Below are positions 52,469 through 64,000 of a DNA stretch of 64,000 bases, piece after piece. The stretch's first letter is position 1. Each line of letters opens with the position of its first letter. The stretch comes from Paragordius varius (taxonomy: Eukaryota; Animalia; Nematomorpha). The position numbers and the translations under genes were made by a program. The notes under the pieces were generated by a model. The model saw only the letters and a program-made list of their open reading frames with translations, ran no database searches and was not told the origin of the DNA. Location of the stretch: the NCBI GenBank assembly GCA_964247055.1, contig OZ176052.1:5456001-5520000 (forward strand), given 5' to 3'.

Positions 52469-52863
52469 TTTAAATTTTAAATATTGAAAATTATCTGAAT
52501 GTATTTTTAAGTATTTTTATGAATATTTTTATCATATAATGATGTATAAATAATATAAATTTTATTTAATCGATACCACCTTTTATTTTTTCATGAATGT
52601 AGTATATACTATTGAACATACATTTATTTTTAAATCTGAATCATAGTTGTATTATTTAATTAAATTTTATGTAATGTGATGTTCTTGTTAATTTATACGT
52701 GTAAAAATGGGCATAATATGCTTTCTACTTCTCACAGTTATGGAATAAATTTTATTTTTATCAAAATATGTATAAGTTATTATTGCATTCATAGTTCAAC
52801 TCAATAACACTTCAGCGCAAACAATATCCAATAATATATAAGTGAATTTATTTAGATCTAATA

Positions 52864-54611
52864 CTAATTTCTATTTACATATTTTCTAAGGATTTGACTT
52901 AAAAACTCTTTGACTATAGCTCTGTATAATGGATTGAAGGCGTAATTAATGTAAAATGTACATCCAATGTAAACCATTTCCAGAATACTAAAGAATATAT
53001 ACCAATTACGTATGTTATTATTGTTTTTCCGATACGGTTCAATGAAATCCCACGAGGCCTCTAAAATGGATAATGGTAGGAGTAGGAGAACAAACTCAAA
53101 ATTCATTATAATGATAGTTTTTAACGTTTCACGGTATGTTTCTCGTGATTTTCGGAACATTTGACTACTTTTTTCCAACATTTCAAATCTGTTCTGTCGC
53201 GTAGCAACGTTACTTGCTGTGCTAAAATATTGACCCGTTGTTGCAAAACTCGAAGCAGTAAAATTTGAGTTATTTTCACTCATGGCTGATGTTAGGACAT
53301 TGTTGCTTTGACCTGTGAATTGATTAGATATATCCTGTATGATTCGATGAGTCCGATGAAATAATAGGCATCGACTAATCATTAAACCGGTGAACGGGAG
53401 CCATCTCAGGAATAATTCTCTAAACAGGTCGACAAATTTTAATCTATGACTAGTCTCGTAATATTCTTTGGAACGGTAGTACCAGATAGGGTTATCTAAT
53501 ATATGTATATTATATATATATAGACCATAAAATTTGGCATTAATAAATTTGATAAATTATGAAACTGCCAAATGTTGTATTATGTAAGGCCTAAAATACT
53601 TCAGTGTGCATATTTATGCGGGCCTATTCACATTATTGTTGGCCAATGATTATATACAATATCATGTTTTATAAAACATTTTTTATCAATAATTAAATAA
53701 TAAAATTAATATTGTTCGGAAAAAATTGTTTTAGATTTCAGCATTCGTTGTTTTTACTCATACACTATACTGTGTTTTGGCCAAAACAAATGTGACTCGG
53801 CCAACAAAATTGTGAGGACTGTATTTAATTTTTTTAACACAACATTAAGAAATTTGATTTTACCTATGTGATAACTATTGTTTTGATCTATATTTTCAGT
53901 ACAAATATAGAAGGCGAAGGTTTCAAACCAAAATATTGAGGGTATATTCCATAAGAAGCAATATATCAAACACACCCCAAGAATTATGTTGATTCTTTTT
54001 TTAGTAACCACGGTACGGTATTGATGGGCATTTCTAAACACCCAAAATTGATTGGCGAAAAACATAATGTAGATGAGGAAACTAAATCCCATGAGACTTT
54101 TGCTTAAAAGGTAATGAACATGGGCCAGATAAAAATTCCAACCAAATCCACCCCATAACACAGGGTTCATATTATTATTTTCGAAGATCCGTAAAATGGG
54201 TGATGGTATAAGGAGCAAAGTGTTGATAAAGTTATTGGCGTAAAAACATTTTAAAAGGTATTGATTATTAGATAGTTTGGTGTGCTTCTTAATATGACAC
54301 ACAGTAGCATTTGGTATGATGGTTTTAATATCTTGAGGGCCCTGGTCCTCTCTAACCTGATGTGGTTTGGAGAGACATTTCATGTTACCATAAAACGCAT
54401 TGGGATTCGTTGTTTTTGGATTGTTACTTCGTAATGAGCTATTCCGCTTTTTGTCGGCACTATATGATGCGATACAAAAGCCAAGTAGGTTTCCAACGGA
54501 CCCAATTACAAATAGAAAAATTGCAAAAAATTTATTGAAATTATCTATGGGACTTGTGGGATACAGGTCGATTGAGCTAAAATTTATACAGTTGTTATTA
54601 TTGGATTGCAT
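52864..54611 (-). CDS. Divergent class-A (rhodopsin-like) GPCR, peptide-receptor/Srw-like, ~459 aa, 2 exons
   Basis: Exons 54611-53864 and 53495-52864 (368-nt intron containing MITE A) join in phase. There are seven hydrophobic segments, including TM1 VIGSVGNLL and TM4 ...NIP. TM7 is followed by NPLYRAIV. Confidence 0.82.
53605..53810. mobile_element. MITE family A, copy in the GPCR intron
   Basis: GTGCATATTTATGCGGGCCTATTCACATTATTGTTGGCCAAT is the reverse complement of the right end of copy 1. Confidence 0.75.
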
Positions 54612-55813
54612 AATACCAATATTATAATAAAAATGGATAAATAGGGTTTCTTTTGTTACCCTCTATCTATCTAATTAATAACATAAATAATTCATTTGTT
54701 TTTGCTATATCTAGTGATTTAATAAGGATGACAGGATATAATTATATAATATAAACAAGAAAAATGATAAGAAATCTTGTAATATTTATGCGTGTGCCCG
54801 CCGTGTCGTATAAAATAGGTATTAATTATTTATTACTTTTTGTTTTTTGATTTGAAGATGTTGGATTGACGTTTATATTATTCCGATAAATTTGGATTAT
54901 ATTGTCAACAACTAATTAAAATATCACTAAACGGGTATATTATTATAAAAAATTATTAATTCAAAGAAAAAGAGGCCTTTTTATTGTTATATTACAAATT
55001 GATTAAGGAACCTGTTAAGTTTATGCTATATCAGAATTAAAACTTAAATATAAGAGATAAATTTATTAGGATTATTATACAAATATTAACATTCTTTAAC
55101 CTCCAACATATCTTATCAGTTGAGTTTATTTTCCCGGTTTTTTAGGGCACACCCCAAAAAGCTTCAATGAAGGATTTGTGAAATAATAAAATAATCCATT
55201 ATTGCCAGAAAAGTCTAGAAGTTTTTTAATTTATTGAGTGGAGGATTATGTCCCATCTAAGCAAACAATATTATATCTACATATTTTATAAGGAGCCTAA
55301 AATAGCTATTAAGTTGACGTTTATAGGATGCAAGTAATATTCAAAACACATCTCACTGTTTTTCTAGTTGGAAATATAAAATATTTTCAACCATCAACTG
55401 ATGATATTTTATACTTTAGATAGAGCATTTAAGATTTACTACATTAAACAACATTTTCGGTCACACAATATATTTTTTAGTATATACCTGAATGTAGCTT
55501 GGATTAGATTGATGATAAGGTTTGCTACAAAACTGCTTATAATAAAGTATTAAACCCCAGAGCATCATGAAAATGTTATTTAATAATTTCCATTTCTATT
55601 ACTTATTTGAGAATCAGCAAATTGGTATTGATTAATTGTACATATGATTTTTATCTCGGTGGATTCTCCCTTAACTCGATGAAGTCAAATATGTGCTGTG
55701 TCATTTTCTCATATCTTTTGGTACTAAAAAATTTATTAAGAGAGTTCTAGGTATTGAGGAAAATAAAACCTTATAAATCAATTTTCCTACTTAAAATATG
55801 GTAATATTATATA

Positions 55814-56316
55814 AGGCCTGTTTAATATCAAATACTTTAAAAAGTATGGAAGGAATCGAAACCATGGCAAAATTTTGCACTTATATAACATTAATAAACC
55901 GAAATACATAAAAAAATTTTTCAAAAAGATTTGATATTACTTATTTTAAGCTGTAAGGTAAAAGTTTCGTCAACGTGACATGTTTGAAATTATAAAAAAA
56001 ATAATACAAAATAAACCGCTCTTTCTATTTCCAATGTTAGATGTAAAATAATAAAAAATTAGCTTTTATACCCTTAAAATTAAATGAAGACGATATTTTG
56101 CAAAAATTTTGTAAAATAAAAATGGCGTCTAACTAGTTTGACATATAACTTTTGTTTAAAAACTAAATTTTATATATTTTGGCATATTTATATAATTTTT
56201 ATTAGGATAGAAGCATATATTTAAATTGGGACCGTTTACTTCAGTAGTTTTTTAATAATATTAATTTAAATTTTATCTGGGGTATTTAGATAGCCCAATT
56301 TGAATCGAAGTGTTAA
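55814..56316. mobile_element. MITE family B, copy 2 (left TIR missing)
   Basis: Colinear with 35320-35834 and ends GAATCGAAGTG|TTAA. Confidence 0.8.
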
Positions 56317-56716
56317 GGAGCATTTTGCGTTTAAAAAAGAACTCATTTTAAAGGGGCCAAAAAAATAAGACTTTAAAGACTACATATAATTAAAATTGAT
56401 ATTTTGGTAAAGAACCGTTTTGCTAAATCAATTTTTCAGCATAATGTACATATATATATATTGCCATTTTCGGTATTGAACAATTACCACAAAAGTGTGT
56501 TATTTTTTATAAAATTCTTAGGGCCTAAAACCAATAGCACCATGATATTCTTTATATAACTATCTCTCGGAATATGTAATATTTTTTTACTTTTGCCAGT
56601 GTTTTGTTACATATAAAATTCAGGATGCCTTAATTTTAAATTATTTTGTATATTTATAGCAACCAAAATCTATTATACCATAAGGCAATCCTTTTTTCTT
56701 GTGGGCCAAGCGTGTT

Positions 56717-59700
56717 ATGCTGATATTGACTTTACTACTTTTATCCAAATTTAATCTTTTTGAATCATCTATAGTGGGATTACAATTTGAAAGTTATTTG
56801 TTAATAAAAATTTAGAATTACCATTTTATGAAAATAGGGATGGAACATTCAAATGTCTTTCAACCAAATCAATCGTTCCTCATCACAATATAAACGATGA
56901 TTATTGTGATTGTGAAGATGGTACGGACGAACCAGGTCTTATAAACCTTTTATAATATATTATGTTTTTTTACATATAAAAATTATTTAGAGTATATAGA
57001 TAACTAAATGTGTTAGTTTTATTAAATGTTTGTGTCCGAACTTTCGCTTAAAACTCAACTTTTTATATCGAACATATCCATTAATATAATATACTGTATA
57101 TTTTTAGGTACCTCGGCTTGTGTTAATGGACAATTTTTTTGCCAAAATAACGGATTCCTCGGAAAAAGTATCACATCGATTTGGGTGAATGACGGAGTTT
57201 GTGGTATGTTTCAATTTTTTGTTCTTGCAAAATCGCCCATAAAAACTGAATTGTCTTATTAATTAGATTGTTGCGATGGGTCCGATGAATACAAGGGATT
57301 AGTCAATTGTAGTAATACTTGCAAGTAAAATATTTCATTTTGTTAAAATTATTTAAATATTCGAGAAAATAAACCCTTTATATTATTATTTACGGTTTGA
57401 TACTTTTTTGGTGCTAGAGAAGAGGGCAGAATTTTTGTCAACAAACTTAAAACCGAAATTCAAACGAATGAAATGGGTCATAAACGTAAGCAAGAACAAA
57501 TCGCATCCGCCATTGAACTCAAAAAGGAACACGAAAAGCGTTACAATGAATTATTGCGCCAAAAGGATGCATTAGCACAGGAATATACTAAAATTCTATC
57601 AGTCAAAGATGAGATTGAGAAAAAAGAAAATGATGCTAAATCTCAATATTTGGCAAAACTTGGAGGTAATAATTTTTTTCTTTATTTTGAACAAGGTTTT
57701 GCTTGGATTAAGGGCTTATTTTCAATATTAATTTTTGATCCTATTAACTTGGAAAACAATGGCCGTAAGTTAAACACAGCATACATATTAAAATGTTACA
57801 ATCCTGAATATTTTTCGAAATTTATTTAACCTTATTAGTAAACGATTAACCAGTGAGTTTAAATTAATATTTTTCACATTTTGACATTCAATATCATATA
57901 ATTCAGAAATCAAAGCTCACTTAAAGGAGGAGGAAAACAAAAAGAAAAGCGCTACCTTATTTTCTACACTTGATAGGGACATGAATGGAATGTAAGTTAA
58001 TGTTTTTACCTAAATATTAAATAATAAAACCATTTTACGGAATTTGACTTTTCGATATAAATAGGCTTTTCCGCTATTTAGGAAGTGCTATTTTAACATA
58101 TTAATCATTTTTGATAGACTGTGAGCCACGGTTAAAACTTTAATTGCTTTTACATGCTAACTTTGAATTGAGATGCTATTATTTACTCACACTAATAAAT
58201 CATAAATAGAGTCTTATTGTGTGCACATGCAATCAATTATAATTCAAATAACAGAAATTAAAAACTTTTATATATTTTTGAGACGCTGAATCATATTAAA
58301 TTTTAAAATCACCAAGTGTTGCAGTTTTTGGGAGTTTTTTGCCTAAATCAAAAGAAACAATCTTATCTACATCTATTTTACAGCACCGTTTATTGTGGTG
58401 GTATATGGGTTTTACGTCCCTGTTTTTATATTTCACACTTGCTATATTAGCAATCTTAATTAGAAAAGACTCTATTAAAAGATATCTACTAAAAATATTT
58501 TATATTATTAGGTTTGGGTGATTTAGAAAAAAATAATTAAGATTTTATAAGCCTTATATATCATGTAATTATTACAATTATTTTTTTGCTTTTCATTTAC
58601 CCAGAATAAGTGCGGATGAAATAGAAACACATCTTATTCCAATGTTACCACCTCCTAGAATAAATAATGAAATTAATGATCAACCATCTTCTGAATCCAA
58701 GCAAGACAATTCTAATGAAAATATTTCAAGTAACGAAACGAACGAAACAGAGGAGCAAAAAAATGAAAATGCTGAACACGTGTCATTTTGCGATTCAACT
58801 CAAGATTTTGTGGTCGATGATAAAGATATCTTGGTAACAAATTTTAGCATTTTTCATAAATTAATTTAAAATAATGGTGGTTATGTGTAAACACTATATA
58901 AAGTATTTTATGTTTTGGATAAAAAAAATTTGTTTTAGACATATATTTGGAATATTTTAGTATAGTTCAAAAGAAAATTCTGAGATCCTATAGAATCTCG
59001 TAGTATTGTTAAGTTTAGTATCCTTTTTAACATTTACACTTTCGATTCATCCTAAATATTATATATCTACCTTTTAACATCTTAATTTTACCATTGAAAA
59101 AATATTATGTTTCGAAGTTACACTTATTAACCTAATTACTTATTTGTTTTTGGTATATTTTATCATTTTCTGTTTTATCACTCAAATTTATTAATAATTT
59201 TTTATTTTTAATAATGTCAAAAATATATTAAACAACCCTATTAATATATATAAATTTTTACTTAATAACAGATTAAGATAATCAATAATAAATTCTGCAC
59301 AAAAGAAAATAATTATTTAGTAATTTAACCAAGAACATAATATATTTTAAGGGTGAAATTAAATTTTAAAAATAAATTGAAATGTTCAATGGTAAATTTA
59401 AAATGTCCAACAATAAGTTTGAAAAGGGTTCAAGGGTATATTTAAATAATAATTAAAATAAATTCATAATTAATAAGTCATCACATACCTTTATACTAAA
59501 CATTTTTTTCTATTTAGCCATTATTTACGCATTGGAAATCTTTGAAGATGGATATGAATACATTTTATGAACATGTTTCACAGAGACTTTCCATATGTCA
59601 CCCTCATGCTTATGAAGTATATACCATTTTTCAAATACAACATAAAATATTATCTGAAATAATAATTTTTTGACAATTTACTTGGTAATATACCATTTTT

Positions 59701-60754
59701 CTTGCAAACATTTTGACCAAACGCAACATTTTTTTCAAGCAAAAACAACAATTTTTTTGCTAAATTAAAATAATTTTTTTATTTTATGGCAATTTAATTA
59801 TTAAGTATTTATTTTATTTTAAGTTAATGTAATTAAATTTTAGCGTTGAATTATAATTTTTATTGTTTTATCATCAATTAATGGTAAAATGATTGATTTT
59901 CAAACATTTTAATTATGGCCCATAAATTGCATTATTTGTAATTATTTTTTTTCTTTTACAACTTTAGTTTCACCTATAATCAATTTGTACATTTGCGCTT
60001 TAAGAGTGTCCTACATTTAAAGTTAGTTCTTGAACACTTTAACTTGGTCCTCCCATATTTTGTTTCTAACTTTTTTTAATGAAGTAATAAAATATTCATC
60101 TATCCTATCTTAAACCTATTCTCTTTATTTAACCTAAACTTTTAAATTAATATCAACTTTTTTTTGAGAACGTATGTTATTATTTTTTATAAAAAAATTT
60201 CTATATAAAAAAGATCTAAGTTTTTTGGGTTATAGATTGTTATATTTAGTTTAAAACATTAATAAGTTTATAATATTGTTATATTAAAGAAAATTAGTTC
60301 GCGAACAAAGTTGTTTTTACTAGGAAAATATTATTTAATGAATAAACTAATAAATGAAGATATTAGATTAATTATAAAAAAAAGATGATAACATACAATT
60401 GCATGCAAACTGCAAGAATTGTAAGGACCAACTTTAAATGAAGGACAACTTAAAGTTTTCAAGGAGACTCTTGAAATGTAAATTGTATAAATTGATTATA
60501 GGTGAAATTAAAGTTGTACAAAAAAATAATATAAATGAATAATGCCATTTATGGGCAAGTAACAGTTTGAAAATCAATTTATTATCAAAAATTGATGAAA
60601 TTAACGAAATTTAATTACATTAACTTAAAATAAAATAAAAACTTAATAATTAAATTGTCATAAAATAAAAAAAATTGTTTTTAATAAAAAAAAGTTGTCT
60701 TTGAATGAAAAAAATGGTTGCGTTTGCTTGGAAAATGTTGTTTTGCATGAAAAA

Positions 60755-60836
<82 letters not shown>

Positions 60837-60947
60837 TAAAGGTAAAATTATAATTATATAGACAAAAAGTCAAAACTAAAAGACAAATTTTTTTTAATGA
60901 AGCCATACTTTTTTAAATCTTGGTTTTTTATATTTAACCTAAATGAT

Positions 60948-60983
<36 letters not shown>

Positions 60984-63773
60984 AAGTCTTTTACCAATCC
61001 ACATCCTTTTTATAACCCAAAAATGGGTTACCATATTTACAAAAAAATATTTGTCTTTAAATTTTTACGTTTACTGTGTTTAATATAATATCATTAACCA
61101 ATACGAATAAATAGAAAACCCATGAATCAATTAAAGAAGAACCTAAACCCGCTGAAACGAATGACAATCTTAAAGTCTCTCATAAATCGCCTACACAAGT
61201 GAGTTACATAATTACAAATTATTTTGATTGATTTAGTTAAAAGAAAACTTTATATTTTTCATTTTATGAAAAAAAAAATGTTTTATGCTGTTAAGATCAA
61301 TGATATTGGAGAAAATGAAATCCCAACACCCGAAAAATTTGACCCCGATGATTATAACGAAGATGGACATGTAACCACAGATCATCGCGAAGATCAGTAA
61401 AAATTTTCACAATTTAATCTACATTTTATAATTCTTAATATTTTAAAATTACAAATCATTCATAACAATTAGTTTAGTTAACCCTTCATAATGACATTTG
61501 TGGCACATAGATGATTAACATCATGACCTTTGAAAATTTCAAGGTTCAGCTTTATTCAATAATACTAATTATGATTCTACTAATATATTTTAAAAATTGA
61601 TTAAATATACTTTTTTAGTGTTTTTGACTCATTTAATCAAACACCGAAATACCCACAAACTAGTAAAACACTCAACCATAAATAATTTTAACTGTAAACT
61701 AAAATACCTTTTTAAAAATCAAGGTGTATGAACATAAGCCTCATTAGTTTATAGGCGCGCTATAATTTCAAAAAAACGGGTTATTACATTCAAAAAACAT
61801 AAATGCCATAACCAGCTGTGTCTAACACAAATGGATTTGCGCGCCTCATTTTTCTCTCAAAAAATACGGCGGGACGCATTTGAAATATATGAACATTCAT
61901 ATATAATTTATTAGATTTTAAATATAAATATGATTGCAAAATTATGATTAGCATTTTTTTCTAGTTCTTGCCAATCGGGTCGATTTATTATTTGAAAAAT
62001 TGGTTGGGGAAATTTTAATTTTGTTATGATATTGTGAGTATGTTTTTGTAAATTATGAATTTTCAATTCTGTCCCAGGCTGCATATTTAACACCCCTGCT
62101 TAAATTAAAAAATGTATGCAAAATTAATCGTTTGATTTTTTAGTGATGAAACAGATCATATCGATGAGGAAGACGATGACGTTGAAGATACGAATGGGGC
62201 CTCAGATCAAAATAATTATCAACACAATAATCAAGGAGAAATATTGACTGGTATAAATTTAAATTTTATTTCAATATCCATGTAAATACTTTTATAGAGT
62301 CGCGTATTAAATTGATACCTGTATAAAATTTAAGATGGATAGTTATAAATGTTATGAGAAATTGTTGGGTTATTTTTTATATTAATTGAAAAAGAGTAAT
62401 GTTGAGCCAATACTTAAGCATAATTAACTTGAATTTTTAGCTTTGCGATAAATATTTAACAGAATATTTGTTTTACATTCATTGCATCTAGATTTAATCA
62501 TATTTTATATATTTTAGATAACACAGAACAGCCAGATATATTGCCATACGATGAGCCGACAAAACACTTGATATCGGGTAAACTTTTAAATTTTTTATTG
62601 AATTTTACAGAGGCCAACAAAATTCGCCAAAATTACGAGGATATTCGACAGAAACAAACCAATTTAGATAATGAATACAAGTATTAAAGTTTTTTGCAAA
62701 AAACAAAACATATATTTTAATGTGCGATATTTATCAATAGAAATGTTCGCAATTTCTTGGAAAGTGATATGGGTCCTCACTTGGAATTCTTGCATTTACG
62801 AGACCATTGCTATGAGTATAGGGATGAAAGGGGAGAGTATGTTTATAAACTTTGCCCGTTTAAAGATGCCATTCAAGAATCTATTAGTTCACATTCGCAA
62901 ACTAATATGGGGTAAGTTTTAGTTTTCTGTAATAATATTAATTTTCTTTCTAAATACATGACAATATGCATCTTAATGGTTGCCAACACTGTAGTTATGA
63001 AAAAAACAACAAAATGTTGAATAAACAATTATTTCCTTTCTTTTTTCCATGCACTCCTATATTGCAAATTGCCCTACTATAGTGTGAAATAAGCGATTAA
63101 GATCATATTTTATATTTTTTATGAACTTTTGAAAATAATTACAAAACATATATTAGTGATTTACTTTAATATATATCTCTATTTTATTTTATAAAGTCGA
63201 TGGCAAGGATTTCTCCCCAATGAACATGATCCAAATGACAAATATGCTTACATGAAATTCACAAATGGTCAACAATGCTGGAATGGACCTCAACGTTCAA
63301 CTAAAGTAACATTATTTTATTTGATTAGATTTTATGAATTTTTAATCAAAGCCACCATTTTTCATTCAGAATAAATTAAAACTCACTTATTTATAACTCA
63401 TAATTGTTTGAAAGTAAAAAAATTTGGTTGAAATATGATTTTTTAAAAAAAGATTGCATTTGAATAAAAAGGTGTTTAATTGAAAATTATTTTAGCAACA
63501 TTGCAATTTTAAAACATATTTCCCATTACTACCAATGTAATAATATATAAGGGTATACATTAATTTTAAACAATTATATATTGATTTCTACCTTTAAAAA
63601 ATATTAATACATAGGTTAAAATGATATGTGGGGTAGAGGATATGGTTATAAGCGTATCTGAACCCTCAAGATGTGAATATTATATGGAATTTCTGACACC
63701 GGCTAAATGTATCCCAATCGAACAAAGGAAAGATCTTCACCCCTACATAAATCATTTCAGGGATGAATTATAA
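56717..63773 (+). CDS. PRKCSH: Glucosidase II beta subunit (80K-H), ~623 aa, 16 exons
   Basis: Exons 56717-56792, 56816-56935, 57108-57203, 57267-57324, 57418-57665, 57907-57991, 58605-58833, 59518-59616, 61115-61198, 61296-61396, 62144-62250, 62518-62577, 62611-62680, 62741-62911, 63197-63305, 63615-63773. Features: signal peptide, NDDYCDCEDGTDEPGTSAC, NDGVCDCCDGSDE, EF-hand DRDMNGIISADE, acidic tract, MRH domain (YKLCPF, GQQCWNGPQRS, EPSRCEY), C-terminal RDEL. Confidence 0.96.
59689..60760. mobile_element. Foldback element 3 (TATACCATTT-type ends)
   Basis: Mirror arms such as ttcacctataatcaatt/aattgattataggtgaa and aattacattaacttaaaataaaataaa/tttattttattttaagttaatgtaatt. Lies in PRKCSH intron 8. 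Confidence 0.82.
60757..60830. repeat. (TA)n microsatellite (second tract at 60950-60979)
   Basis: Seen directly; it explains the IYIYIY ORFs in the track. Confidence 0.95.
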
Positions 63774-64000
63774 GACGCTATGAAAAACATTTTTATGTCT
63801 CGCTTATGTCAACACACAAGCTGACAATAATATAATATTGATTGACACCTATTATAAAGACCTACCTATCTATCTATACCTGTGATTAAAGTTTGCTGCA
63901 TGATTCATTATTTTATGCATAGACAGTATAAGTGTATAATGTATACTTTATTGGACCAAATATAAATAATCTGTATACATTATATGTATGGTATTATTAT

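Noticed and set aside
60658-61088. ORFs rich in IYIYIY
   Set aside because: Translation of (TA)n microsatellites.
61752-61848. AGGCGCGC...GCGCGCCT inverted repeat
   Set aside because: Only 8 bp and a single occurrence; not enough to call an element.

Overview
This is AT-rich eukaryotic (metazoan-like) genomic DNA; the taxon cannot be fixed from sequence alone. I assembled spliced genes by hand with consistent reading phases: DMAP1 (-), thioredoxin (-), presenilin (+), metaxin-1 (-), glutamate carboxypeptidase II/NAALADase (+), a divergent class-A GPCR (-) and glucosidase II beta/PRKCSH (+). There is also an orphan 3-exon gene (-) and a low-confidence small 4-exon gene (+). Introns and intergenic DNA hold three mariner relics, two hAT elements (one near-intact with TIRs and an 8-bp TSD), three RTE-clade LINE copies, three long-TIR foldback elements, three MITE families and a ~161/322-bp dimeric tandem array. 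Main observations: (1) thirteen GT-AG micro-introns of 22-33 nt, twelve of them among the first three introns of their gene, while later introns reach 3.8 kb; (2) two head-to-head gene pairs with only 88 and 127 bp between start codons; (3) an HDV-like ribozyme core in the 5' UTR of the sense-oriented RTE in presenilin intron 3, lacking its P1 5' strand; (4) a twin-priming-type 5'-inverted RTE; (5) inserts of about 200 aa in DMAP1 and in the GCPII C-terminal domain. Family assignments come from motif recognition, not database searches, and boundaries of degenerate elements are approximate.
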